Source of the DNA: an uncultured delta proteobacterium
Lineage (GTDB): Bacteria; Desulfobacterota; Syntrophobacteria; Syntrophobacterales; Syntrophobacteraceae
Direction: 5' to 3'
Assembly (NCBI GenBank): GCA_963808625.1
Contig: CAWEHK010000043.1
Location: forward strand, 1 to 64,000
DNA length: 64,000 bases
A program made the translations under genes and the position numbers. Of the stretch, positions 23,789 through 34,176 are shown in pieces (the stretch's first letter is position 1; the number at the start of each line of letters is the position of its first letter). The notes beneath the pieces are model-generated. The model searched no databases. It was not told where the DNA came from and worked only from the letters and a program-made list of their open reading frames with translations.

Positions 23789-25012
23789 ATGAGCAGAAAG
23801 CTGGATCTCAAGAAGAACAAGAACCCTGAATTGCATCTGAGCAATGAAGAATCCCAGGAACTCGGGATGATTCTCGATCGCCTGTCCGTGCAGGACCCGG
23901 AAGGCACCAGTCTGGACAACTATCTCCAGTCCCTGCAGAAGGTCCTGGGGAAACGCCAAAATCTCGTGGCTGCGCTCCTTGAACAACTGAGCAGGAAACC
24001 CTCGAAAGTAGGTTTCCAAACTTATCTTGTGCTCAAGGACATTGTTTCCGACAAGAAGCTCATAAAAATCTTGAAACAAGCGGCTTACCGGTTTTCTCAG
24101 CGGGGCTTTGCCGGGGAACAGCAGACTCGACCGCCTGATAATGTCGTGCTGGTGCAAAAAGAAGGGAGAAAACCGGTCGCTCATATTCTGCCCGTGGATG
24201 GGACCTTCCTGCTCTTCGCGGCGCTCATTCCCGAAGCCGGCTATGCCACCCCAACCCTGGTCACCGCCCTCATGGAGCAGGGCTTCGAGCGGGTCTATGT
24301 CAAGGTTGCCGAGGGTACTCAGAAGACCTACCGGGATTACCTCCAGAAAGTCGGAGCACGCCATGCTGACAGGAAACCTTTCGAGGTCCCCGTTTATCAT
24401 GCTGCCAGGCTCTTCTTTGAACTCATCGAGTTCTCAAAGCAGGAAGGGACATCTCCCGAGCAGGACCAGGCAGGCAAACTCCTCAGTCCATTCCACGATC
24501 CGGAAAAACCGCCCTATGCCCATGAACTGATGGCTCCCCTGGAAGATCCCGGGCAACACCTGGAAGAAGTGGACGAAGTGGAGCTGTTGAAGGCAGTTGA
24601 TTGGTCCTGGCTCGTTTTTCCAGAAGAAGAGGTCGTTCCCTATTGGCAAAAGATGCAGTCTCTGGAAAACCCGGTCCTCGTAATCCCCAAAGAGGTCCAG
24701 GAAGAGCGCATGACCGAGCTTGCGAAAAGGGCCGCGAACGAGCTCTGTGTCGGAAAGGTGAGACTGCTCTATCAGAGGTTCTTTGAAGAGCAGGCTCTGT
24801 GGTTGAAAGTTTCATCCAGAGACGACCTGGCATGGTCCGCATGGGTCGCCGCTCAACACCTGGGAAGCGCCGCGGCGGCTGCCGACAACCCCGTCGTCAC
24901 ACAAATGGTCTCCCTCTCCATGCATCACTATTGGCCCCAGGAGCTCGCGGAGAAGGAACCTCCCGCCGAACCCTTCCGTCGCACCGAATCCGGATTGATC
25001 GTGCCGTCATGA
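23789..25012 (+). CDS. Hypothetical protein
   Basis: Long ORF, RBS AAGGA before ATG 23789, no recognisable catalytic motif. Confidence 0.7.
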   Translation: MSRKLDLKKNKNPELHLSNEESQELGMILDRLSVQDPEGTSLDNYLQSLQKVLGKRQNLVAALLEQLSRKPSKVGFQTYLVLKDIVSDKKLIKILKQAAYRFSQRGFAGEQQTRPPDNVVLVQKEGRKPVAHILPVDGTFLLFAALIPEAGYATPTLVTALMEQGFERVYVKVAEGTQKTYRDYLQKVGARHADRKPFEVPVYHAARLFFELIEFSKQEGTSPEQDQAGKLLSPFHDPEKPPYAHELMAPLEDPGQHLEEVDEVELLKAVDWSWLVFPEEEVVPYWQKMQSLENPVLVIPKEVQEERMTELAKRAANELCVGKVRLLYQRFFEEQALWLKVSSRDDLAWSAWVAAQHLGSAAAAADNPVVTQMVSLSMHHYWPQELAEKEPPAEPFRRTESGLIVPS

Positions 25013-25120
25013 GGCAGCAGAAATGAGTGATCAGTGGCCAGTGGTCAGTAGATTGAGGGGAGGAGTCTTCTTGGGTTTCCGTCCTCTGGCGGGAGGGGTT
25101 GGGGGAGGGGAAAAGAAGCG

Positions 25121-25275
25121 ATACTGGGTAAGGATGAAAGGTTTCTTTTTTCACCGCGGAGAGCGCAGAGAGATTTCGCTCTGAATTCATTAAGATTTCT
25201 CTGCGATCTCAGCGTCTTCTGCGGTGAATTCCTGAGTTACCAAAATGAAGGTTTTCAGCCAAAACAAGTATAAGA
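25121..25275. repeat. Dispersed ~155-bp intergenic element (inverted copy at ~49085-49247, partial copy ~30290-30412)
   Basis: Its reverse complement matches 49085-49247 (e.g. CTCAGGAATTCACCGCAGA...TTCAGAGCGAAATCTCTCTGCGC...TTCATCCTTA). Confidence 0.75.
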
Positions 25276-25297
25276 GCTGCAGGGGACAGGAGAGCGC

Positions 25298-25699
25298 ATG
25301 CTGGAAATGGTGCAGGTGAAGACACCCAAGCGGAGTGCGATGGTGGACGTGACCGATCTGATCTCGCACAAGGTTCAGGAGAGCGGGATCAAGAGCGGGT
25401 TTTGCCTGCTCCACGTGCCTCATACCACGGCGGCGGTAATCGTCAACGAGGGGGCTGATCCGGCGGTCATGGAGGACGTCATCAGGACCCTGGATGGACT
25501 CATTCCCCGGGAGGCCGGATACCAGCACCACGAAGGCAATGCGGCGGCTCACATCAAGGCAGTCCTGGCCGGGGGCAGAACGTTCCTGGTGGTTGAAAAT
25601 GGGCGGCTCATGCTGGGCACATGGGAGCGTATTTTCTTCTGCGAGTTCGATGGTCCGAGAACTAGAAAAATCAACCTGAAGATCATCGGCGACCGGTAG
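25298..25699 (+). CDS. yjbQ: YjbQ / UPF0047 family protein
   Basis: VPHTTAAVIVNEGADP, H.EGNAAAHIK, LGTWERIFFCEFDGPR.R. Confidence 0.9.
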   Translation: MLEMVQVKTPKRSAMVDVTDLISHKVQESGIKSGFCLLHVPHTTAAVIVNEGADPAVMEDVIRTLDGLIPREAGYQHHEGNAAAHIKAVLAGGRTFLVVENGRLMLGTWERIFFCEFDGPRTRKINLKIIGDR

Positions 25700-25948
25700 T
25701 TCTCCCGGGGCTACTGATCTCGTACAGCCAGGCAAGAGTCCTTGGTACAGCTCAGCAACATAAAGTGTCCATTACCATTCGGGCGTCATTCCCGCCAGAA
25801 ACATGCGGGAATGACGAGAGGCATTCGGACACCCATTTATGCGGGGGCGTACTTAGCAGGTTGTGCTCGTAGGGGCGGCCGGCTGATCGCCCCTACCCAA
25901 GCGGGTTCAATTGTGGTCAAACTGGTAAGACATGTTCGCCGAAGAATA

Positions 25949-27253
25949 CTAGGGACGCCCCTCGCACTTCCTTTTCCTGCTCAGAAAAATAGCCGCGATT
26001 CCAATGAGCAGCGCGGTAAAGCTGATCATGGAGATACCGCTCAACGCGGGGACTGGCGCGGGTGGGTGCGGAGGTTCAGGATGAGGAGGCACCTCATCTT
26101 TCTTCGAGGTAACCAGTAAGGATTCCGACATTTGGTATTCCTCGCCCGCCTTCACTGTAATCGCTTCGCCTTCGGTCTGACCAACGTAGTACAGAATCAC
26201 CGCATCTCCGCCGTTAAAATTGCCGCAACAGGAATCTGCTGTTGATGCTATGCAAAGGTTCGGGGTAATTGGGCTCTCAAATACAGGAGAAACGGACTTG
26301 TAAAAACAGGAATACTTAAAGACGGCGGGAGGGGTCGGCTTGGGACGAACCCAGCTCGGGCCGGTATTGGTAGCAAATACATGGTATGTTGGCGGCTCAG
26401 GATTCATGTCGTTGTCTACAAGCCGATACATCACAAACTGCGGCGCCGCGTATTCGACCTCCGTTTCGAGAACGCCTCCGGCAGGGACCTCATCCATATA
26501 GGGTTGCAGGGTTGGTCCGTCATCGTAGCCAATCGCCAGGTCCCAGCGATATCGGATTCCTATCTTGACGTCGTTGGCCCCCGTATTCTTGACCCTGGTG
26601 GTGACTTCGACCGTAGAATCCTCGTAGGTCGTCCCGTTAACGTTGACAACCTGAGTGACCTGGAGATTAACTGGTGCTGGAATTTCATAGGTTGTGGCAA
26701 ACCCGGTTGGGAAGCCGGCCGGGCCTATGGGAGTCACCGTTCCGCCGTCCGCCTGAATTACGACATATGAACCAAGGGACCCCAACTGATAACCCTCGGT
26801 CGGTTCATGAAATTGCGGAGCGTCAGAGCCCTGAACATATTCGATGCCAAGCTTTGTCGGCTCCAGGTCACGGTTGTAAACTCGAATGGTAAGGAAGGAA
26901 CTTTCCGGATACCCCCCTCCGCCCCCCGTCAAAGCGCTCTGATCGGGGCCGGCAGGATGCTCAGAGCCGGTGCCAACGGTATACTGACCCGCGTCAAGAT
27001 TAGGCGGAGGACGATTTTTGACATAGACCTTATACAGACCGTTAGTGCCGCATCGGATCTCCGGGACCTCTGTCCCGAGGGTTTCGCAGGAAAAGGGTCC
27101 GGCTCCAAGTTTAACACCGTTCACTACAACGTTCGTTTGTGAACCCGGAGCAGTCACGGCCAAGCAAGAAGTACTGCCGGGCATAAAGCACGAGAAAAGG
27201 CTCAGGATGAAACCCAACGCCAAAACACTTGCCGCAAAGCAGGACCTTTTCAT
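25949..27253 (-). CDS. Secreted surface protein with IPTL-CTERM-like sorting signal
   Basis: N-terminal signal peptide; Pro-rich linker then VPALSGISMISFTALLIGIAAIFL-SRKRK (motif, TM helix, basic tail); RBS AAGGAGG. Confidence 0.8.
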   Translation of the reverse strand: MKRSCFAASVLALGFILSLFSCFMPGSTSCLAVTAPGSQTNVVVNGVKLGAGPFSCETLGTEVPEIRCGTNGLYKVYVKNRPPPNLDAGQYTVGTGSEHPAGPDQSALTGGGGGYPESSFLTIRVYNRDLEPTKLGIEYVQGSDAPQFHEPTEGYQLGSLGSYVVIQADGGTVTPIGPAGFPTGFATTYEIPAPVNLQVTQVVNVNGTTYEDSTVEVTTRVKNTGANDVKIGIRYRWDLAIGYDDGPTLQPYMDEVPAGGVLETEVEYAAPQFVMYRLVDNDMNPEPPTYHVFATNTGPSWVRPKPTPPAVFKYSCFYKSVSPVFESPITPNLCIASTADSCCGNFNGGDAVILYYVGQTEGEAITVKAGEEYQMSESLLVTSKKDEVPPHPEPPHPPAPVPALSGISMISFTALLIGIAAIFLSRKRKCEGRP

Positions 27254-27568
27254 GCGTGTTCCTCCTTACTCGTGGCCGGTCAGGCGGCCTGCCGGGGCGC
27301 AAACTCATGGACGCAAGGGAGTTTGCTGAGAGTCGGCTCAGTGACAATTGGTGAATAACTGACTGTTGCTACAATTCCGCGTCAGTGCTTCAATCCTAAA
27401 GCGAAAGAAACGGAAAAGCAACAAATATTGGAGCACTCACCGCAATGGACCCAAGCATTCCGGCTTACTTCCAGTACCTCTTGCCAACCCTTTCCGTTCC
27501 TTGACACAATTGCTTCGCCATGGTATGCCATTGTCAAAATTAGGACTTTTTAGAATCAGGACTCTGGC

Positions 27569-28129
27569 GTGGCTGACATAAGGGTTTTGCTCCAAAATTT
27601 GAGGCATTTTTTTTCCTCCTACCGACCGGAGATCCTATTCAGCTTCCGTTTTCTTGTGATCCTGGCGTTACTCAATGGTATTTACTACCTTTTTGCCAAA
27701 ACGCCGGTCGAGGAATTCATCCTTGGCACCTTGACCGCCAAGCCTCCGGCCTTCATCATCAACTTCCTCACTCCGGCGGAAAAGGTAGTCGTTGCCGGAA
27801 ACCAGATCACCTCGCAGCATGTTGTCTTCAGTATTGTCAGTGGCTGTGAAGGCATGGGAGGAATACTTCTGATCATCTCCGCCGTGAGCGCCACCAGCGT
27901 CAAGCTCAGGGACAAGCTCATCGGGTTGATCGAGGGGGTGGTATTTATTTATCTTTTGAATATTCTTCGCATAGTTGGTCTCTATTATGTGATGAGGCAT
28001 TACGGCAACATTTTTAACTTCGCCCACTATTTCGTGGGACAAACGATCATCATTATTTTGGGGTGTGCCTTCTTTGTACTGTGGATTTCCAAAAATATGG
28101 GCAAAGGGGATCGGGAGGCAACGAGCTAG
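27569..28129 (+). CDS. Exosortase/archaeosortase family transpeptidase
   Basis: Multi-TM protein with Cys (IVSGCEG), Arg (LNILRIVGLY) and His (FAHYF) triad motifs; TTGACA at 27501 upstream. Confidence 0.82.
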   Translation: MADIRVLLQNLRHFFSSYRPEILFSFRFLVILALLNGIYYLFAKTPVEEFILGTLTAKPPAFIINFLTPAEKVVVAGNQITSQHVVFSIVSGCEGMGGILLIISAVSATSVKLRDKLIGLIEGVVFIYLLNILRIVGLYYVMRHYGNIFNFAHYFVGQTIIIILGCAFFVLWISKNMGKGDREATS

Positions 28130-28660
28130 TTCTCATCCGGAAAGTGGCGCCTTGTTCTGTAGGAGGGGCTTCCAGCCCCGATCTCGGCTGGAAGCCCCTC
28201 CTACAAAATGGGGTTTCCGGATGGACATAAGCTAACAGCCTCTGCGGTCGTTCTGCCGAGGGTTTTGAGGTGAAGTCCCATATCCTCGTGATAAGGTTGT
28301 CCCGTGCTTTCTCATCATTCCAGGAAAAGTGGTGATCCGCGAGCATTGCTGGAGCGGAACCGGCCGCGATCCCCCTGCGCGAGCCTCGAGCGACTTGATC
28401 ATCACCGGCAGGAGAGACCTCTGAATTTTTTTCTTGAACTTGATTCCGAAGTATGCTAACCGGTACCAACACCTTAGTCATCCCAGGCAAAGAGCGAGCT
28501 TACAATGCTGAGCACTATAACATACAAGTAGTTGTATTTCTTGGTTTTCATATAAGCAGAGAGGGGGGATGTTTTTCTTACCTTGCTAACGGCGTATAGA
28601 CAGAGTGGTGTTTTTGTTTATTTTTGGACAGGCAGATCGGTCTTTTAGAAGGAGGGATTT

Positions 28661-29581
28661 ATGCGAAAGGGAATGATCTCGGTTATTTTGCTTAGTCTGA
28701 TTATTGGGGGCGCTGTACCCTCAGTGGCGAGCGCTGCTACACTTTATTACAGCACTTATGTCCTTGGTACCACCGGCTCCCAGTATGGACAAATCTGGTC
28801 GGTCGACACACCAGGAGGCGGGGGGCAGGCTTTCGTGATGGGCGTTCCTCAGGTCGACGGCTTCAACAAGCTCATGGACATGGCACCCGCCAGACTGCGG
28901 GACACCTTCTATGTCTCACTCTACAATTATACCACTCCCACCGCTTCAAGACTGCTCATCATAAACACTGCTCTCCAGACTTCGGATGTGGTGGGTGAAT
29001 TCGGTCATCCGGTGCGGCAGCTGGCCCTCGACAGGCTGAACAACGTGCTGTACGGTGCGGGAGGGGAGCCTAATGTCCCTAACCTCGGTAATGCCGACGA
29101 GAACTTTTATGTAGTTGATATGGGGACGGGAGCTGCAACCCTGATCGGTCCGTTTGATCCCGTCAATAATTCAATTCGAAAAATGGTTGGGCTGGGCTAC
29201 GACCCGAATAACGACACCATCTATGGGACAGATTCGCTTCTAAAACAGCTGTTCACGATTAACAAGGCTACGGGCCAGGCAACGCTTGTTGGCTCCACAG
29301 GGGTATGCATTTTCGACATCTATTTTGACCCGGGCACCCAGGCCATGTATGGCGTTGGGTCCCCAAATGCGCAGCTCCCTTTTTATTTCTATTCGATTAA
29401 CCTGGCAACAGGCCTCGCGACTCAAATTAGTCCACTGGCCACTGCAGACTATGCCTACGGGCTGGCGGGGTATCTTTTTAATGAATTCGTTCCTGCCAAC
29501 ACCAATGTGGGATTGTTGGTTTTCTCCCTGCTTCTCCTTGCTGTAGCTTTTGTTGTCCTGAGGCGCAAGAGGGTGGCATAA
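28661..29581 (+). CDS. Secreted beta-propeller-like protein with IPTL-CTERM-like sorting signal
   Basis: Signal peptide; repeats ending in D/N..TG.AT.IG; C-terminus VPANTNVGLLVFSLLLLAVAFVVL-RRKR; RBS AGGAGG. Confidence 0.78.
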   Translation: MRKGMISVILLSLIIGGAVPSVASAATLYYSTYVLGTTGSQYGQIWSVDTPGGGGQAFVMGVPQVDGFNKLMDMAPARLRDTFYVSLYNYTTPTASRLLIINTALQTSDVVGEFGHPVRQLALDRLNNVLYGAGGEPNVPNLGNADENFYVVDMGTGAATLIGPFDPVNNSIRKMVGLGYDPNNDTIYGTDSLLKQLFTINKATGQATLVGSTGVCIFDIYFDPGTQAMYGVGSPNAQLPFYFYSINLATGLATQISPLATADYAYGLAGYLFNEFVPANTNVGLLVFSLLLLAVAFVVLRRKRVA

Positions 29582-29764
29582 GCCTGAACCATGTGATCAT
29601 CGTTTAATGACGCTTTTTGGCTCAGGGAGAACGTCTGTTCTCCCTGAGCCATTTTAGCCGCCGTACCCCTGTGAGGTGGCTCTCTTCGCCCTTGGTGACA
29701 GTGACCCACCTTTTTCTCATGCGGTTTACCCTGGACCCATCTCGGGACCCGTTGCTCCGTAATC

Positions 29765-30256
29765 ATGCTGGCCGACGAATTAAAGCAAATTCTTGATGAA
29801 CGCATCGCCCGCGCCGAAGACCCTCGCGAACAGGCAGTGGACGTCATGTTCGAGCTTCAGGACCACTATGGCTACATGAGCGATGAGGCCATGGAGGAAG
29901 CCTCGCAACTGCTGGGGATGACGACGCTGGAACTGGAGGAACTGGCCACTTTTTACGATCATATTTACCGGGAACCCGTAGGAAAATATGTGATTCACGT
30001 ATGCGACAGCGCCATTTGCTGGATGCACGACCATCAATTGGTTATCGACCATATCCGTTCCCGGCTCGGGGTCGAGATTGGGGGAACCACGGCCGATGGC
30101 CTCTTCACGCTGCTGCCGGTCTGCTGCATCGGTTATTGCGACCGCGCTCCGGCAATGACGATCAATCGCCGCGTCTTTGGCCGTCTCACTCCCGAAAAAA
30201 TCGACCGTATCCTCACCCGGCTTAAAGATCAGGCCAGGTATGTGGAAACCGAGTGA
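29765..30256 (+). CDS. nuoE: NADH-quinone oxidoreductase subunit E
   Basis: ELATFY..IYREPVGKYVIHVCDSAIC...TTADGLFTL..VCCIGYCDRAP. Confidence 0.88.
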   Translation: MLADELKQILDERIARAEDPREQAVDVMFELQDHYGYMSDEAMEEASQLLGMTTLELEELATFYDHIYREPVGKYVIHVCDSAICWMHDHQLVIDHIRSRLGVEIGGTTADGLFTLLPVCCIGYCDRAPAMTINRRVFGRLTPEKIDRILTRLKDQARYVETE

Positions 30257-30435
30257 ATGCCGCACTTCCAGCAGCTGACCTCAGTTTACTTTTCCACCGC
30301 AGAGAACAGAGAGGGCACAGAGAGAATCATTGTCTTTCTCGGCGATCTCAGCGTGCTCTGCGGTTAATTGCCAAGTCCACCAAAATGACGGTTTTCAGCC
30401 GAAACGAGCATAACAGCTAAGAGCTAACATACACC

Positions 30436-31713
30436 ATGCCCTCGTATCCGCAGGTACTTTTTCGGAATCGTCAGCCGAACCGCACCGCTACCCTCGATGA
30501 ATATCGTCAGAGCGGCGGCTACCAGGCGCTCGAAGACTTCATCGGGAAGCGCTCGCCAGGTGAGGTGATTGCCAGGGTCGAGGAGGCCGGGCTCAGGGGG
30601 CGGGGGGGCGCCGGGTTCCCGGCCGCAAAGAAATGGTTGGCGGTCCCGGCAGATGGAGCGTTTCCGAGGTATCTCGCCGTCAACGCCGATGAGATGGAGC
30701 CCGGCACCTTCAAAGATCGCATGCTCATCCATGCCGACCCGCACCTCATCATCGAAGGAATGATCCTGGCCGCGTATGCCTTTTCGGCATCCAAAGCGTT
30801 TATCTTTGTGCGCCCATCCTATGAAAGCAGCGCCGTGATCCTCGAGCGGGAACTGGAACAGGCTCGGCAGGCGGGCTACCTGGGTTCAAATATTCTGAAC
30901 AGTCGATTCTCCTTTGATATCTCTGTTCACCGCAGCGGCGGACGCTACATCTGCGGTGAGGGCACGGCGCTGCTCAATGCCCTCATGGGAAAGCGGCCCA
31001 ACCCCTCCAAACCGCCGCCCTACCCCACGGTAAGGGGACTCTGGAACCGCCCCACGGTCGTGAACAACATCGAAACCCTGGCGAATGTTCCGCACATCCT
31101 GAGAAATGGTGCGGAATGGTTCAAGGGTCTGGCCCTATCCGAAGGGGGAGCCGGGACCAAGCTTTTCTGCGTCAGCGGCAAGGTGAACCATCCCGGATGC
31201 TTTGAACTGCCGATGGGGGTCCGTTTGCGTGGAATCATCGAGGAATCTGCCGGAGGTCTTCCGGCCGGTTCGGAATTTAAGGCCTGCCTGCCCGGCGGCG
31301 CCTCGACCCGGTATCTGACCAAAGAACACGATAATGTCGAGATGGACTTCGATACCCTCGCGGCCGTCGGACATCGCCTGGGCACTGCAGCGATCATGGT
31401 CTTCGATCACAAGACGTGCCTCGTCGGGGTCACCCTCAACCTGATGCAGTTCTTCGCGCGCGAATCGTGCGGTTGGTGTACGCCCTGCCGCGAAGGCCTG
31501 CCCTACATTCGCGACCTCCTCTGGCGCATCGAACACGGCGAGGGCCGGGAGGAATTCATTCCGATGATTCGGGACATGTGTAAAAACTCCTGGAATTCCT
31601 ACTGTGCCCTGGCTCCCGGAGCGGCTTCGCCCGTGGAGAGCCTCCTCACCTGCTTTGAAGATGAAGTGCGCGAGCATATCAGGCAGAGGAAGTGCCCGTA
31701 CGGTGCAGCCTGA
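30436..31713 (+). CDS. nuoF: NADH-quinone oxidoreductase subunit F
   Basis: GLRGRGGAGFP, NADEMEPGTFKDR, YICGEGTAL, PTVVNNIETL, ESCGWCTPCREG. Confidence 0.92.
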   Translation: MPSYPQVLFRNRQPNRTATLDEYRQSGGYQALEDFIGKRSPGEVIARVEEAGLRGRGGAGFPAAKKWLAVPADGAFPRYLAVNADEMEPGTFKDRMLIHADPHLIIEGMILAAYAFSASKAFIFVRPSYESSAVILERELEQARQAGYLGSNILNSRFSFDISVHRSGGRYICGEGTALLNALMGKRPNPSKPPPYPTVRGLWNRPTVVNNIETLANVPHILRNGAEWFKGLALSEGGAGTKLFCVSGKVNHPGCFELPMGVRLRGIIEESAGGLPAGSEFKACLPGGASTRYLTKEHDNVEMDFDTLAAVGHRLGTAAIMVFDHKTCLVGVTLNLMQFFARESCGWCTPCREGLPYIRDLLWRIEHGEGREEFIPMIRDMCKNSWNSYCALAPGAASPVESLLTCFEDEVREHIRQRKCPYGAA

Positions 31714-31853
31714 CACAGTGGTTCCGTTTTTTGGGGTATCACCTTCAGGCCGACCTTACTGATATGCCTGTTGAAACGATAATCCAGGATAGTTTAGGAT
31801 AGTTTGGTGATGATGCAACGCCGTGGTCTGAATTGCGTTTAAGGAGATTTGGT

Positions 31854-32144
31854 GTGGGCACGGCAGAGATTCTCTCGGCGAAACGCGAAGATATCCTCAG
31901 TATTGCGGCCCGACATGGGGCGCACAATGTCCGCATATTCGGTTCCATGGCCCGCGGCGAAGCCACTGAGAGCAGTGACGTGGATTTCCTCATAGACCTC
32001 GAACCGAACAAGTCTTTGTTTGAATTGAGCGCTTTGCTCGTGGAGCTGGAAGAACTGCTTGGGCGGAAGGTCGATTTGATCACGGAAGACTCCATTTATT
32101 GGCTTTTGAGACGGCGCATTCTCAAAGAGGCAGTGCCCCTGTGA
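31854..32144 (+). CDS. MntA-type minimal nucleotidyltransferase antitoxin
   Basis: FGSMARGEATESSDVDFL (GSx10DxD), LEELLGRKVDL; RBS AAGGAG; GTGA overlap with HepT. Confidence 0.88.
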   Translation: MGTAEILSAKREDILSIAARHGAHNVRIFGSMARGEATESSDVDFLIDLEPNKSLFELSALLVELEELLGRKVDLITEDSIYWLLRRRILKEAVPL

Positions 32145-32512
32145 GCAAAGATCCGCGGGTTTACCTGGCCCATATTGTTGAGTGTATCGATCGCATCCAA
32201 GACTACACGAGCGGAGGCCGAGAGGCTTTCTTCCTAAGCCGCCTGACTCAGGATGCTGTAATGCGGAATTTGGAGATCATTGGCGAAGCTGCACGACGTG
32301 TAAAGGAGGATTACCGTCAGGCCTATCCCGATATTCCCTGGCGTGAGATGGCTGCTTTGAGGAATGTGCTGATCCATGATTACGAAGGGGTGGATATCAG
32401 AAGGGTCTGGCTGGTCGTTGAAAACGACCTGCCCTCACTCAGGATTAAGCTGAGAGCGCTCTTACCACCGTTGGAACAGCTCGAAGCGGAGCTTTTCAAT
32501 GGCACAAGCTAA
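32141..32512 (+). CDS. HepT/DUF86 HEPN ribonuclease toxin
   Basis: DAVMRNLEIIGEAA, IPWREMAALRNVLIHDY (Rx4H). Confidence 0.88.
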   Translation: MSKDPRVYLAHIVECIDRIQDYTSGGREAFFLSRLTQDAVMRNLEIIGEAARRVKEDYRQAYPDIPWREMAALRNVLIHDYEGVDIRRVWLVVENDLPSLRIKLRALLPPLEQLEAELFNGTS

Positions 32513-32592
32513 ACCGTTGACATTTCTGAACCAACACCGGTAAATCGCCATAATGACCCGGAGACTACTGCGGTAGATTATTCTAATCACTT

Positions 32593-34176
32593 ATGATCAA
32601 ACGGCTCAAAATCAAAGACTACATGGCCCACAAGGAGACCGAGCTGGAGCTGGGCATCGGGGTGACGGTGCTCACCGGGCCGAACAATTCCGGAAAGAGC
32701 GCGGTCGTCGAGGCGCTGCGTTCCGTGGCGCAAAATCCCGCTCCCCATCACGTCATCAGGCATGGCGCAGCGAAGGCCGAGGTCCGGGTCGAGCTGGATT
32801 CCGGGGAGGCTGTTGAATGGGTCCGAAGCCGCGGCAACACGGTTTATCAACTCTTCAAAACCGCTCAGGATGGCGGCGGTCCTGAAGACTCGCCGGAGGT
32901 CTATGCAAAATTCGGCAGAACACCGCCCGAAGACATTCGCCGCCGTCTCCGGCTCGACCTTGTCGAAACCGAAAGCGGCACGGTCGACATCCATATCGGC
33001 AATCAGCGCTATCCCATTTTCCTCCTGGACCAGACCGGTTCGCAGGCTGCGAGTTTCTTTGCCGCCTCGACGGAAGCGGAATATCTCCTCCGGATCCAGC
33101 AGGCACTGAAGACAAGGACTGATCGCGCCAGAGGCCGGCGCAAAGATCTGCTCCAGGAATGCACGGAACTGGAGGAGGCCCTTGGTCTTTACCTCCCCGT
33201 GGACGACATCGACCTTGAACTCTCGCATACGGAAGAACTCTACGCGGGGCTGATTGCTTTGCAGCAGGCCCTGCCCCTCTTGGGTCGGACCATTGATGTG
33301 GTGCAGGAGGCAACCGTGCAGCATACCAGAAAGGCCGCATCTTTTGCCATTCTCGAAGGGCTTGCACCGCCACCCCAGACCCTGGAAACGAAAGGCCTCG
33401 AGCTGACCCTGCACGATCTTCGGGGCACCCTGCCGCAGCTCGGCCTGGTTGCGGCCGGCACCGCAGCCATGGAAGCTCTGTCTGCCCCCCCGGCACTGCC
33501 CGACACGACTCTTCTGGATGCCCTGCTCAGGGCTCTTGACAGCAACCGGATCACCCTCGACTATCGCTGCCTCGCAGGAGAAAGTCTCGCATCTCTGGAA
33601 CCACCCCCGCCGCTGCATGAAATTACCAAGCTCGAGGAGACGACCCGGGGCCTCGAGCTCGTGGGTCTCAACCGGAATCGGGCCGCCGCCGTCACCCGGG
33701 TCCTTGACGTGATCCAAACGCCGCCCGAAACTCACGCCACGACGCCCCTCCAAACCTTGCTCGAGCAGTGGACGGCCGGCGCCAGGTCGCGCGAATTCCA
33801 TGCTGCCAGGGGAGGCGTGCTGGAAAACTTGCCTGAACCGCCGCAACTTCACCCTCTCCGACCTCTGGAAGAGCTCACCGCGGCTTTGCACCAAAGGGAG
33901 CGGCGCATCGCCGAAACGCACGACCTCACGGCGGCTCTCGCGCAATTGCGTACCGCTCCGGAACCGGCGCCGATGGCTGTTGGCGATGAGCTCCTGGATC
34001 GCATGGCGCTCTTGCACCGTCGGTTCGAAGCCAGCACCCGACTCCAGGACGAACTGGCCTCTGCCCTCGCCTCGAAGCGCCGGGAAATCGCGGAGGTGAT
34101 CCAGGGTCTGGGATTGTGCCCCGTATGCGGACATCCGTTCGATACGGACCATTTCCTCGAGGAAACCCATGCCTGA
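32593..34176 (+). CDS. SbcC/Rad50-like ATPase, N-terminal half only (Walker A, Q-loop, repeat arm, terminal CxxC hook)
   Basis: MIKRLKIKDYMAH...LTGPNNSGKSA; GNQRYPIFLL; ends CPVCGHPF; no signature or Walker B. Confidence 0.8.
   Translation: MIKRLKIKDYMAHKETELELGIGVTVLTGPNNSGKSAVVEALRSVAQNPAPHHVIRHGAAKAEVRVELDSGEAVEWVRSRGNTVYQLFKTAQDGGGPEDSPEVYAKFGRTPPEDIRRRLRLDLVETESGTVDIHIGNQRYPIFLLDQTGSQAASFFAASTEAEYLLRIQQALKTRTDRARGRRKDLLQECTELEEALGLYLPVDDIDLELSHTEELYAGLIALQQALPLLGRTIDVVQEATVQHTRKAASFAILEGLAPPPQTLETKGLELTLHDLRGTLPQLGLVAAGTAAMEALSAPPALPDTTLLDALLRALDSNRITLDYRCLAGESLASLEPPPPLHEITKLEETTRGLELVGLNRNRAAAVTRVLDVIQTPPETHATTPLQTLLEQWTAGARSREFHAARGGVLENLPEPPQLHPLRPLEELTAALHQRERRIAETHDLTAALAQLRTAPEPAPMAVGDELLDRMALLHRRFEASTRLQDELASALASKRREIAEVIQGLGLCPVCGHPFDTDHFLEETHA

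Noticed and set aside
27295..27330. GCAAAC...GACGCAAG...GTTTGC as a c-di-GMP-I riboswitch
   Set aside because: Lacks the GNRA-capped P2 and full P3; only a hairpin is supported
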